Assembly (NCBI RefSeq): GCF_009914755.1
Contig: NC_060925.1
Source of the DNA: the human T2T-CHM13v2.0 reference genome, Homo sapiens
Length of the DNA stretch: 64,000 nt
Strand: one strand, 5' to 3'
The translations under genes and the position numbers were made by a program. Under the pieces are notes generated by a model, which was not told the origin of the DNA, ran no database searches, and saw only the letters and a program-made list of their open reading frames with translations. Numbering within the stretch: the stretch's first letter is position 1; each line of letters opens with the position of its first letter. Positions 41,500 to 55,830 of this stretch are shown here, piece by piece.

Positions 41500-42592
41500 G
41501 TATCTATACAACATAGTTTCTAACTTAACTTCAACATTTGCCAAAATGCACTGATTGACAAAAGTTCGTGGACTTAATCAGTGTTGGAACTTGAGTTATA
41601 ATTATACCTGCGGATCCCACTAAATGTTTAAACACAGTGCTTAATTTTAACAGGGTAACTAACCATAATATAGACAAAAGTGGATATGCCTCACTTTACC
41701 CGTAGCCTTGCCTAAATTTCTCATAGTCATAGTACCCATTGCTCTAAGATATGCCATATTGGGCAGAGATGTTCTAACATAATGACTAATAAATTAAAAT
41801 TAACTTTTTGGCATTTACAAATTGGCTTCATAAAACAGGACCCTGTGCACTCCCAATTAAAATAGTTAATACGGCCCAATGTAAGTTAAAACAAGACCTC
41901 CAAGGATTAAAACAGTATACATATAAAACTTAATTAATTAAGAGGTAATTATCTCCACTGCTTGTCCATTTGAATTTTGCCTGTTCTCGAACTGGGAAAA
42001 ATAATAAGTGCCTTAAGATGGATTACTACAACGTTAATGCTGTGGTCCTATCCATTAGGGCCCTATACCCAATGTCCAGTATTATTAAAATTATTGATTC
42101 TATTCAATCAACTACCAGTAAATATTTTGCTCTATAGATTGGCTAACATGTTCTATTCAGTTCAACAGCCTTTCAGCTGCGGTTTGTCTCCACCTCCTAA
42201 GGGACATAATACAGCTTTTCCAGGCCATCCATGGAGTACTGCAGCAGCCTTGCCATTCCACACAATCTTTACAAACAAGATCTCAGTGACATTCACCTTC
42301 TCCAAGAGCACAGGCAGGACACTAAGTCGTCGATGACATCCTGTTGCAAGGAGGTATATTTGATGCACTCACTAAAAACATAAGCCCAATATCCCTTAGT
42401 ACTTTTGGGTTCTGGTGGTAACATCTTCTTTATTTACAAACTTTACTTATAAGTTAAGATCAACAGGCACTCCTCTTAGTGCCTTCACAAAAAACACTCC
42501 TTCACTGTAGAGGCATTGGTAATCTCTTCTGGGCCTCCTGGAGTCTCTAAACCCTGCATTATGGCCATTAGTGGCCCCAAGGCTCCTGATGC

Positions 42593-42625
<33 letters not shown>

Positions 42626-44200
42626 TTGTCCCTCTCAGCCTCATGCTATGCACCATTAAAATAAATGGCTGGCCACTTAGGAGCTTTCCTGGAAATAGAG
42701 TTTTTTCACAGACCCTGAGCCTAAGGCCCTCCATGCCCCACTGTCCATTGTGCTTTGGGTCATGGAAACAGCACCCCACAAGCTAGGCATGGCCACCAAA
42801 ACCTTCTTAAGACAGGATGCAGCCAAACCTAGGCTCCAGGACATATTCTACCTGCAGAAGGGTGTGGCTTCCTTTAATTTAGTCTCTTACCAGATGCCAG
42901 GGTATTGGAGGGAGTCACCCTTCCCCCAGAGCCCTTGATCACCTGCAAAGCCCCTTGGGATTAACTGAGTGAACAGTAATGGGAATTGGTAGACAATGCA
43001 AATGTCACTGTTAACCATCATACACATGGAGCTTAGTGGAATGTGGCTGCTTTCCATTGCTTAACCAGGATGTCCCTGATAAAGGATGGGACCCAAGAAA
43101 CAACACATTTGATCAAACTTCAGGCAGTCATCTTAGCACTGGATGCCCTGGTCAACAAATGGCCTATCTTCCCATTTATTATAAACTGTTGAGCTGTTAC
43201 TTGAAAACTATCCCCTTTAAGGTAAAAAAAACTCTGGGAATCTCTTGCCTCACAGACACTAAAAATAGAAAGCAAAATCACATCTCCACATATATTAAGG
43301 CCTTCCTAGTGCAAGCCTTATTCCGTTCAAAGTTACAGAAAATACTGGTGGTAACCAAGATCACATTTTACTTCTTGGAATACTCAATGAATCAATACTG
43401 GGCTCTTACAAAAGGTGTTCAATAGAACTTCCATATCCCTAATTGGTCCCAGGTAACTGGTTTAACAGAGGGACATAATAATCTCCTCAAACAACTTTTT
43501 CAAATTCCAATACAACAGATAAACTCCCAAAGTTATCTATCTTGCCCCAGGCCTTAACCTATTATTTAAAATGAATTTATATTTTATTCCCATCCCATAA
43601 GGCCTGGAGGCCAGATAGAGGGACTCAATAACCACAGATTGTCTCACAGGTCAGACAACTGCTCATCTAGTATGAGACCCATTTGAACCGAAACTTCCAC
43701 CAAAAACAAACAAACAAACAAAAATACCTTTTTGGGTGCAGTTACCCACCATTTTATTAACTGTTGGTCTTATTAATACTGGTTTGGGTGCTTTTATTGG
43801 TTACAATCCAGAGATCCCAACCCTCCTGTACCCCATTGTTTCAACCAAACATGGCCATTGGTGAGGCCTGTGTCAACTCAAGTGGGTACCCACTTGAAAA
43901 GGATATCCTAGTCCCACATCTCAGACAGCGACATCCTGGCCCAAAATCTCACCACTGGAGATGATGGAGATCACCTCAGAAAACATCATCCCAACACAAG
44001 ATCTCGCCACTGAAGGTGACTTTGCCCCCTGTGTCAGAGACTGTTTTACCCCGGACATTAAAGCCTCTGTCCCAGCAAAACTCATGGACTGTCTCTCTTA
44101 AGACATGAATTGGACACAGGACATTTTTCTTCCCACAGAAGGCACCATCAGCCTTACATCAGAAAACCCCTTGATCCCCAGGAGAGATAGAAAAATAGAA
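41500..44200 (+). mobile_element. Decayed class III (ERVL-type) endogenous retrovirus internal region: protease, RT, RNase H and integrase remnants
   Basis: Manual translation: LISVGT*VIIIPADP and ILGRDVL (protease, 41559-41776); DYYNVNAVV, LANMFYSV, YSFSRPSMEYCSSLAIPHNLYKQDL, VDDILLQG (RT, DD at 42332-42337); WALTKGVQ*NFHIPNWSQVTGLTEGHNNLLKQ (integrase, ~43400-43495). Confidence 0.88.
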
Positions 44201-44219
44201 AGATAAATGTATTCTGCAA

Positions 44220-45245
44220 TAATTCATTCTAACCTGTGATTTGTCTTTTCATTTTCTTTGTAGAAATTGGGTCCCACTATATTGCCCAGGCTGGTCTCAA
44301 AATCATGGGCTCAAACAATCCTCCTGCCCTGGCCTCCCAGAGTGTTGAGATTGCAGGTGTGAACCACCATGCCAGGTCTGTCTTTTCATTTTCTTAATAG
44401 TGTCTTTCACATAGCAGAAAGTTTTGATTTCAGCAAAGTGCAAATGAGCAATTTTTTCTTTCATAGATCCTGCTTTTGGTGTTATAGTAAGAACTATCAC
44501 CAAACCCAAGGTCCCATAGGTTTTTCTCCTGTGTTGTCTTCTTGAAGGTTTATATTTTGCTTTATAATGATCTCAACAGTATTAAAACATTTACATCAAT
44601 TATCATTATAGATCTATGATCCATTTTGAGAGAATTTTGTGGCAGGTATAAGGTCAGTGTCTAGATTAATTTTTTTCTACATGTGGATGTCCAGTTGTTC
44701 TTGTACAGAACTAGAAGATTATTCTTTCTCTGGTGCCTTACCTTTTCTTCTTTGTCAAAGATCAATTGACTTATAATTTTGTGGTTTTATTTCTGGACTC
44801 TGTTCTGTTCCATTGATCTATTTGTCTATTCTTTCACCAATACCCATATTATCTTGATCATCAGAGCTTTATAGTAAGTGTTAAAGTTGGGTAGTGTAAC
44901 TTCTCCAACTTTTCTCTTTATTCTTTAGTATTACGTTGGCTACTCCAGGTCTTTTGCTTATCCATATAAACTTTAAAATTAGTTTGTTGATGTCCAGAAA
45001 ATAACTTGCTGGGGATTTGATTGGGGTTGCATTGAATCTATAGATCAAGTTGAGAAAAACTGATCTTAACAATATTGAGTCTTCCTAGCCATGAACATAG
45101 AATACCATTTATTCCATTTCTTAGAAACTTGATTCCTTTTAACAGTTTTATAGTTTTCCTCATACACAGTGTATACATATTTTGTTTAATTTGTTTCTAA
45201 GTATTTCATTCTTGTTGGTTCTAATGTAAATGGTACTGTGTTTAT
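44220..45245 (-). mobile_element. L1M ORF2 fragment containing an Alu monomer (44252-44378)
   Basis: Minus ORF 44881-45072 LIYRFNATPIK...LILKFIW is L1 ORF2. Confidence 0.88.
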
Positions 45246-46600
45246 AAATAAATCTCTTTTAGTCAGAATTCATTTACTGTTTCATTCATTCATTCATGAA
45301 ATGCAACAAACACATGTTATGATTTCTTACCTCTCTTTCTATGCCCTGGTGGGACACATTAGAAAACACAAAATAGTGTATTCACTAGTTCTAAAGCAAA
45401 ACTCTGCGTTTTCTCCAATTTAAGTTAAATTAGGAAAATTGTCAACATTCTCAAATTCACATTTAAAAACTAAAAGCAATGTTTAATTAAAGGGCTAGTG
45501 ACGATTAAGAGAGAATTAGGAAAAACAGATAATATTTTCCAATAAAGTGTAATGGGGAGTTTATTTGTTCTTTTTTCGTGACCCACTATGCCCAGCCTGC
45601 TTTGCTGAGTTTTGACAACCTTATACATGAGTGTAATCTAAACCCCTGTCACGATATAGAAGATTATCATCACCACAGAAAGTTCTCTCATTCCCCTTCC
45701 CTGTTAATTTTCCTTTCGTCTTCCCATGCTGTCTTGTGTATCAGCCATCTCTCTTTTCCTTCACATTGCCGAGTAGTATTCCAGTGTGTGGGCAATTGAG
45801 TTTATTTATTCATTCTCTTATTAATGGATACCTGTGTGGTTCCCAATTTTAGCTGTTATATAAATAAGCCTGCTATGAAGATTCTTACCAAAGTCTTTGG
45901 CGGGGGAGCATATATTTTCATTTCTCCTGGAATGAAATGGCTTATGCCCATAGGTTAACTGTGAGTTTAGTTTTATAGGAGACTTCCAGACCTTTTTCCA
46001 AAGTGGTTGTGCCATTTTAAAGTTCCACCAACAATGTTTGCTTTAGGTTCTTGCCAACATGTGGGTCTTCTTAATTTTAGCTATTCTGGTGAGCGTCAAG
46101 TGATAGCTCATTATAGTTGTAATTTGCATTTTCTTGATGACTAATGATATTGAACATTTTTTCTGTGCTTATTGGCTATCTGTACATCTTCTTTTGTGAA
46201 ATGTCTGCTACAATCATTTGGATGTTTTTATTGGGTTGTTATTTTATTATTGATTCGTGGGATTTCTTTACGTATTTAGATGTCGGTTCTTTGCCAGATA
46301 TTACATCTTGTGAACATTTTACCCTTATCGATAGCTTGCCTAGCTTCTTAACAGTGGTAGCTTTCATAGTTTCTTACACAGTGGCTTTTGATGAACAAAA
46401 GTTTTAATTTTTATGAAGTATAATTTTAAATTTTTTTAGTTTTTACTTTTATTTTATGGTTATTGCTTTCTATGACCTAGGAAACTTTTGTCTATCCCTG
46501 AATGTATTATCTAGATTCTCCAGAGAAACAGAACAAATAGGGTGTGTGTGTGCGTATATGTGCACGTGTGTGTATGCGTGCGTGTGTGTATATATATATG

Positions 46601-46777
46601 TTGTTTAATTTGTCTCTAAGTACTTCATTCTTGTTGGTTCTAATGTAAATGGTACTGTGTTTATAAATAAATCTCTCTTAGAATTCATTTACTCTTTCAT
46701 TCATTCATTCATTCATGAAATGCAACAGACACGTTACGACTTCTTACCTCTCTTTCTATGCTTTGGTGGGACACATT
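46601..46777 (+). repeat. Direct dispersed duplicate of 45182-45360
   Basis: End-to-end alignment, roughly 90% identical by eye. Confidence 0.93.
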
Positions 46778-46833
46778 TTATGTGTGTGTATATATATATT
46801 GTGTATATATATACATAATACATATACATATAT

Positions 46834-47400
46834 ATTATGTATATATACACATAAATACATATGCATATATATTATGTATATATACATAAATACATATGCA
46901 TATACATTATGTATATATACATAAATACATATGCACATACATTATGTATATATACATAAATACATATGCACATACATTATGTATATATACATAAATACAT
47001 ATGCACATACATTATGTATATATACATAAATACATATGCACATACATTATGTATATATACATAAATACATATGCATATACATTATGTATATATACATAAA
47101 TACATATGCATATACATTATGTATATATACATAAATACATATGCATATACATTATGTATATATACATAAATACATATGCATATATTATATACATAAATTA
47201 TATTATATACATAATACATACACATATATTATGTGTATATATACATAAATACATATACATATATTATGTGTATATATACATGATACATATACATATATTA
47301 TGTATATATATACATAAATACATACATATATTATGTGTATATATACATAAATACCTATACATATATATTATGTGTGTGTATATATATACACACACATATA
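46834..47400. repeat. AT-rich 35-bp minisatellite with degenerate (TA)n flanks
   Basis: Unit ATTATGTATATATACATAAATACATATGCA(C/T)ATAC starts at 46871, 46906, 46941, 46976, 47011, 47046, 47081, 47116 and 47151. Confidence 0.95.
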
Positions 47401-47891
47401 GAGGGAGAAAGAGAGAGATTTTAAGGGATTGGCTTTCAAGATTGTAGAGGTTGGCAAGTACAAAAATCTGCAGGGTAGACCAGCAGGCTGGAGACCCAAG
47501 GAAGGGTTGATGCAGCTCAAGTCCAATGGTAGAATTATTTCTTCTTCAGCGGACCTCAATCTTTTATTCTAAAGGCCTTTAACTGATCTTTAACTGATTG
47601 AATGAGGTCTACCACATTATGGAGGGTATCTGCTTTACTCAAAGTCTACTGCTTTAAATCTTAACCTCATCTCAAAATACCTTCACAACAACATCTAGAC
47701 TAGTGTTTGACCAAATATCTGGGTAAGATACTGTGGCCTAGCCAAGTGGATCCATACAATTAAAGATCACAGCAAGTAATGAAGAGACTCTCCTCTTTTC
47801 CTTTGAAAGCATTATGATTTTAGCTTTTATATTTAGGCATATCATCTACCTCAAATCTATTTTTGTATATGGTGAGAGATAGAGGTTGAGT

Positions 47892-48155
47892 TTCTTTTTT
47901 TTTTTTGAAATAGAGTCTTGCTCTGTCGCCCAGGCTGGAGTGCAGTGGCGTGATCTCACCAGTCTCCTGCCTCAGCCTCCCGAGTAGCTGGGACGACAGG
48001 TGCCTGCCACCATGCCCAGCTAATTTTTTTGTATTTTTAGTAGAGCGGGGTTTCACCGTGTTAGCCAGGAGGGTATTGATCTGCTGACCTCGCGATCCAC
48101 CCACCTCAGCCTCCCAAAGTATTGGGATTACAGGCGTGAGCCACCGCACCCGGAC
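47892..48155 (-). mobile_element. AluY/Sc-like with internal deletion
   Basis: caccgtgttagccagga diagnostic; ~35 bp missing from the right arm. Confidence 0.92.
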
Positions 48156-48184
48156 TGAGCTTCATTTTTAAAAATATGGATATT

Positions 48185-48487
48185 GGCCGGGCGCTGCGGC
48201 TCACACCTGTAATCCCAGCACTTTGGGAGGCCGTGGTGGGGGGATCACGAGGTCAGGAGTTTGAGACCAGCCTGGCCAACATGTTGAAACCTCGCCTCTA
48301 CTAAAAATACAAAAAATTAGTCAGGCATGGTGGCACGCACCTGTAATCCCAGCTACTCAGGAGGCTGAGTCAGGAGAGTCGCTTGAACCTGGGAGGGGAG
48401 GCGGAGGTTGCAGTGAGCTGAGATCATGCCTCTGCACTCCAGCCTGGGTGATAGAGCAAGACTCTGCCTCAAAAAAAAAAAAAAAAG
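48185..48487 (+). mobile_element. AluSg-like
   Basis: Full dimer (ggatcacgaggtcaggagtt) with poly-A. Confidence 0.95.
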
Positions 48488-48679
48488 GATATCTAGATAT
48501 TTCAGTACCATTTGTTTAGTAGTACTTTATTTTTCCATTGGATTGCTTTGGCTCCTTTGTCAAAAAGCTAATAACTGTATACACTTATATACAATCTTTA
48601 ATGTAGCTGAAATATATTTGTGCTCCTTAATCAGTTCTGTATTCATGTGTCTTCTGTTTTATTTTGCGTTTTCAAAATT

Positions 48680-48804
48680 TATTTATCTCAAAGACAAGGT
48701 CTTGCTTTGTTTCCCAGGCTGGTCTTGAACTCCTGGCCTCAAGTGAACCTCCCTCCTAAGCCTCCCAAAGTGCTGGGGTGACAGGTGCAACCCACATGCC
48801 TGGC
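48680..48804 (-). mobile_element. Alu monomer (FLAM/AluJ)
   Basis: Reverse left arm only. Confidence 0.8.
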
Positions 48805-50610
48805 TTCTCTTGTGTTTTAGAAGCTTTCTATAATGAACTTTTGTGGGGAGGGTGGAATGCAGGCTAAAACTTGGAAACTGAGCAGATATTAGTAAGCTTC
48901 TTATTTATGACTATATCTTTAATGAAAATTTGTATAGGATTCAAAGAAATATTTAATCAATTTGAAATGGACAGCAAGAGGACAACAATAAAAAACAGAC
49001 TGAATTTAGTAAATTGCCTGGCTGAATTTCAACTCAGTTTGGTAGTGACCTAGCTGTCATTTCTTTCTTTTTCACTGTTTATATTTCTATCAGATTTCCA
49101 CAACAGGACGTTTACACATAATAACCATGGGTTGTCTAAATCCAGTTCCTATATAACATTTATTTAAAAATTTCTGTGGACTTGACAAATTCAGACAGGA
49201 GTTTATAGATAATAGTGACATGACTATTATTGCAGAATGAATTAAAATCATGTTTAGGACAAATGCACTTTAATGCAATAGATTGTGGTTGGTTGGCATT
49301 AAATATTTAGTAGAAGAATTCTGCTTAATATTAGTGTAATTAAAGGGCACTGATGTAGGTAGGTATGCATATATATACATATCTAAGTTATATAAAGGAC
49401 TTTATTAACGCTTAATACAGGATATTTGTACATACATAAATATGCTATTATCTTATATGAAAAACTACAAATCCTATTGGTTGTATTTCTGTTTATTGTT
49501 AATGTTTCTAAAACATTTGGAGAAAATGATATTACTCTTATAATGCATTCTTTGTAAGCTTCTCATGACAGAGATGTTGTAATCTCTGTCAGTTGGTTGA
49601 TTATAAAGCACAACCCATGTAAATATCTGTACTAGATGAGTTTGTTGATCATGGGCTGATGAGATTTTGACTTCAGGTCTCCTGTCTTCCTTTCCTCATA
49701 TCATCATTTAAATTCTTTAAAAGAAAATCGTCAATCGATTGTCAAAGGTGGAATGCCAAAATCTGCTGGAAATCTTGAATGTACACTATTCTGGGGTGAA
49801 GAATGGAGATATATATATATACAGATAGAAAGATATAAAACCACTGTTAGGAACACTATAACACGCATTGAGGTGATGCATATTGGCCAAATAATCATGC
49901 TTTCATGTGAATTATCTCTGTTAACTTTATAGAAAAATACAGATGTGAGGACGATTGTTATTGTCACTTCAGCTGTGAAAAAAATGACAAATCATACTGA
50001 CAATTTAGACTAATGTTCAAGGTAGGTGGTTAGTAAAACGGGAAGGTGATTCCCTGCTTCTGATGAAGAAGCCCAATTATCTGGGCAAAGATACTTGCAA
50101 CTGTAATCTTGCAAGTGAAAATTTTACACGTATAAACTCAGCATCAAAGTTTCCATGGTGATATTTCATCAGTCTCCTGATGCATAACACATGTTTAATC
50201 ATTTTTTTTTGTTATGTGAATCAGCTAACCACAGTATATATTTATAGCATTTCAGATTATGTAAAGAAATCCCTCAAGCTGGGTATGATATGATGCTGGG
50301 GTGGTGGTGGTGGGAGGAGAAGAGTATTTTATTCTTGTTTCCCTTAACTCTATAAAAAGTAACTAAAGGAGAGGACAGAGTTTGCATTGTTTATTTAACA
50401 CTTAAATGACTATGGCTGATGAATAAATATAAAGCAATAATGTGTTAGTTGATTATAGCTGGATTTAAGAATTTCTTGGGCAGGTTTTTAGGTCTCTTAA
50501 TTGTTTTCTCCCTTCTCTCTGGATGACAGGTTTCCTCTAGGAAATGAGCTGTGGAGTGTGATCTAGATGTGGAGAGGAATGTCAGCCAAAGGATCAAGAG
50601 TCCAGGTGCA

Positions 50611-50915
50611 GGCTGGGCACGTTGGCTCACACCTGTAATCCCAGCACTTTGGAAGGCCGAGGCAGGCATATCACCTGAGGTCAGGAGTTCGAGACCAGCC
50701 TGGCCAACATGGTGAAACCCCCGTCTCTACTAAAAATACAAAAGTTAGCCGGGCATGGTGATGCACCTGTAATACTAGCTCCTGAGGAGGCTTAGGCAGG
50801 AGAATTGCTTGAACCTAGGAGGCTGAGGTTGCAGTGAGCCTAGATCATGCCATTGCACTCCAGCCTGGGAGACAAGAGAGAAACTCCATCTCAAAAAAAA
50901 AAAAAAAAAAAAAAA
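50611..50915 (+). mobile_element. AluSq-like
   Basis: Full dimer; perfect 15-bp TSD AAGAGTCCAGGTGCA. Confidence 0.97.
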
Positions 50916-52829
50916 AAGAGTCCAGGTGCAGATCTTTGATGTGTGTTTGTATGAGCCTTACAGATTACCTATCTTGAAAAAAGAATAAAAAATTGAGAAG
51001 GAGAACTGAAGATATTTTTCAGGTAGCATAGAGGAGTGAGTATCAAAGAATGAGCTTTAACTATCTTATATTTTAGATAAACATTACTTTGAACCATGTA
51101 ATTGCAGGTAGACCATCATCCTACCTACAAAAACAACAATATCATGAGTCAGGTGAATATTGTAAAATACAAAATACTTACTAAAAAGCCCAATAAAGAT
51201 TTGGGGTCATTACAAGTTGATCACAATGTATATGCTGCATCCCTAATTGACATCTGTTTTGCTTTAAGGGATGAACACTTTGGGTATTTTTACTTCTTAT
51301 AATTCTGGCCAAGTATGTTTAGATAAGATTGAAAACAACCATGAAAACCTTCCTTCTTCCCAGATCTCCAAACATGTTAAGTGCCAAGTTCATTCTAAGA
51401 GTTGCTCATTCAGGAAGTTTCTGACTTTTTAAAATCTGGATTGAAAAGGCAGTTACTCTCTCAGAATGATAAAAATCTTAGAAGCACTGGCTGAGGCCCA
51501 TCAACTCCTATTTTTCAGAGACAACTGTCACCTTAAACAGATTTTAAACGTACTCATTGTTTCCAGCGCAGCCACCACACTTTATCATTCTCGTGATTGA
51601 TTATCTGTCGCTGTCATCTGCATTCATGTGGTTTTCAGAAAAGAACAAATATATTTCTCAGTGATTTAAAAGTCCTTGAGAGATGACAAAGTAATAGTAA
51701 CAGGAAGCTATTATTACTAAACTCTTAGGTTTCATTTTTAAATATATCACACAACGGCATCATAATCGTTTTGCATGTTTCAGAGTAACTCTGTCAGTAT
51801 GTGCTGTGACTTTGCAGTTCAAAGGACAGGCCCTTCGTGACAACCAAAGAGCATTGAACTAAAGATGCCCTTGAAAAACGATTTCCCAAAGTCTGAGTTT
51901 ACTCATCTGTGGAAATTGAATAATGCTGCCTGGCCTGCTTAGTTATTGTAATGAAATTACAATAATGAATTTGTCTAATGAATTATTTCATGGAAATGAT
52001 CTACAAACTTTAAAGCATGAAATAAAAGTGAAGTCATTTAAGAAAAAAGGCAAAGAGAAAAGTGAAAGTATTTAAAAGAAAAATAAGTGCTCTGAAATTA
52101 AGTGACTGGGACATCTAGAATGAAAATTTCTAGTGTGCAGCCTGCATTAAGGGAATAGTAACAAAGACCAGCCAAGGTTGGTGTTTGGTTTATGGTGACA
52201 TTATTCCTGAAGTTGAAAATGACCCTGTTCTTGCATCCAGTGGGGCCTGGGGGAAGACTAGGTGAGGGGGTAGAGGACACCGGATGGGTTAGCAGAAGAC
52301 ACTGCCTGCTAGCCAGGTGGACCGTGGCCAGGGCCACTCAACCTTGAGCCTCAGCTGCACTTCATTCAAGCTACCACAGTTGACTTTGAAACCTCGAGAC
52401 CAGTTCATTCTGTGCGGCAGCATTTCTCTGTCTTGCTCACCTTGCAAAATGTAAACTCTCCATGTATCCTTCCTCTCCTCTGCTCCCACCTGCAGTTTCT
52501 TCTGGGCTTCCTGTAACTAGAGTTCCCATGGCTCCTCTCCTATGAAAAGTTTTCCATGTACCCTCTGGGACCCTTTAGTCAAATCCATTTCACCTACTTC
52601 TGCACCTACGCCTACACAGAATACCTTCTACCTCTTTGCCTTCCTGAAGCTCGGTTGTCCTGGAATAGTCCTGGCATCCCTTGGAGGAGGATGCTAATTT
52701 GACTACCCCTCAGGGCTGCAGATGGGATTCGCATCCTTCTAAAGTCCCTGAATCAATTTTCAAACAATTGCCCTTCCTTTCTTCAGTAAAAGGACCCTCA
52801 ATTGGCCAGGCACTTCTGACCGCAGTATT

Positions 52830-53900
<1,071 letters not shown>

Positions 53901-54355
53901 GGGCAAATTCCAGGTTCCACTTCCCACTTGTTCTCTGTAGTAGACTTGGCTTGTTTATATTGCCTAAATTTCTTTCCTATTCTTTTTATGAGAGCATCTT
54001 GTAAGAGATTTTCAGCCAAGGAGAAGAGATGGAGAGATAAAAAGGTGCCTCACAAGCAAGAGTCATGATGCCAAATGAATGACCGCCCTAAGCACTGCAG
54101 GAGTTGAGGTCAGAAGTGGAAGACATATAGGGAAACTTTCCTGGAGGAGTCAGGAGACTTGGACTGGGGATTACCAGAGAAGAGAAGGACAGTCATTTCA
54201 GGCAGAGAGATGCCTCAGCAGGAGGGAGAGTGGGAATGTACATGGAGCTCTTGAAGACAAAGAGGCCATCACTAAGAAGTGCTTGGCCAGAGGATGAAAG
54301 ACAGCAAAGGCAGAGGGGAAAACAAAGTAAAGCCAGCTTTGCTCCCACTGAATTC

Positions 54356-54666
<311 letters not shown>

Positions 54667-54864
54667 GCTCCCACTGAATTCACACTAAAGAGTCCCCCCA
54701 CCCCAATTCCCTCTTCCTACTCTTGGCCTCCTCCTGATCCCTCCATGTATTCATTGCACAAATATTTATTTCTTGCCTACTCTGTGACAGGCACCACATA
54801 CAGTGCTGAGATTCCACACTGGCAAAACAAGGCAGCCCTTCCTGTTTTGTAACTTTACAAGGGA

Positions 54865-55095
54865 AAAAATTTATAGAGCACTTATTCTGTGTCCAACATT
54901 GTGCTAAGTACTTTACAAGCATACCTCATTTATCTTCCCAATCCTAAATGGTTGGTATGGTTATTATTGGAGTTTTTACAGAAAGAGAAACTGAGGCTTA
55001 GAAAGGTTGTTTCATTCTTCAAAGGCTGCACTAAGAGTAGGTGGCTGCAAGCGGTAGTTGAGCCTAAATGATCTGGCTTAGAATGCCAAGTTCTC
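54865..55095 (-). mobile_element. MIR
   Basis: gtgctaagtactttaca...ttttacagaaagagaaactgaggcttagaaaggtt. Confidence 0.8.
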
Positions 55096-55733
55096 AGTTT
55101 TCATATCAGCCTGTTAATTGTCTACAAAGTTTTGCCATTATCAATTGTCTGTTTATATTCTTCAACCTGTATTATTTGTTAAGGACACAGCAGACATTGA
55201 TAATTAAATGTCTAATGGAGGAATTTTGCCTTCCACTGGGTTAAATAGAACGCAAAAGATCTTTTTTATACAGCTGACCCTTGAACAACATAAGAGTTGG
55301 GGTACTGACCCTTTATGTAGTCAAAAATCTACGTATAACTTTTGACTCCCCCAAAACTTAACTATTAATATCCTGCTGTTGACCAGAAGCCTTACCAATA
55401 ACACAAAGTCAATTAACACATATTTGGTGTGTTACATGTATTATATACAGTATTTTTACAACAAAATAAGATACAGAAAAAATGTTATTAAGAAAATCAT
55501 AAGGCAGAGAACATATATTTACTATTCATTAAGTGGGAGTGGATCATTTTCATGTTTAGTAGGCTGAGGAGGAAAAGGAAGAGTTGGTCTTGCTGTCTTA
55601 CGGGTGGCAGAGGTGGAAGACATGAAGGTGGAAGGGGAGGCAGGAGAGGTAGGAACACTTGGTGTAACTTTATGGAAACGTCTCATAATTTCTCTCTGTC
55701 TTTTGCTTTTTTATTTCTCAAAAAGTGATTCTA

Positions 55734-55830
55734 TCGCTTGAACCTGGGAGGGTGAGGTTGCAGTGAGCCGAGATTGTGCCACTGCACTTCAGCCTGGGTG
55801 ACAGAGCGAGACTCCGCCTAAAAAAAAAAA
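55734..55830 (+). mobile_element. 5'-truncated Alu 3' fragment inside Tigger2
   Basis: atcgcttgaacctgggag...gagactccgcct plus poly-A. Confidence 0.9.

Larger units (their letters stand above)
46503..47771 (-). mobile_element. MLT2-family (ERVL) LTR with expanded internal TA/TG tract
   Basis: tgtattatctagattctccagagaaacagaacaaatagg...; resumes at ~47400 and ends gcctagccaagtggatccatacaattaaagatcaca. Confidence 0.88.
45595..48580 (-). mobile_element. Old L1 (L1ME/MD-like) 3' part, split by MLT2 and two Alus
   Basis: ttttccaaagtggttgtgccattttaaagttccaccaacaatgt; tttgatgaacaaaagtttt; continues at 47772-47890 and 48490-48580. Confidence 0.75.

Noticed and set aside
46871-47185. Regular 35-bp repeats resembling a CRISPR array
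   Set aside because: Head-to-tail units with no spacers, in primate DNA with no cas genes.
46715-47559. Y/I/H-rich ORFs
   Set aside because: Artefacts of the TA-rich minisatellite.
51943-51965. 10-bp hairpin TTATTGTAAT-GAA-ATTACAATAA
   Set aside because: An AT-rich short palindrome within a probable MIR-like remnant; expected by chance.
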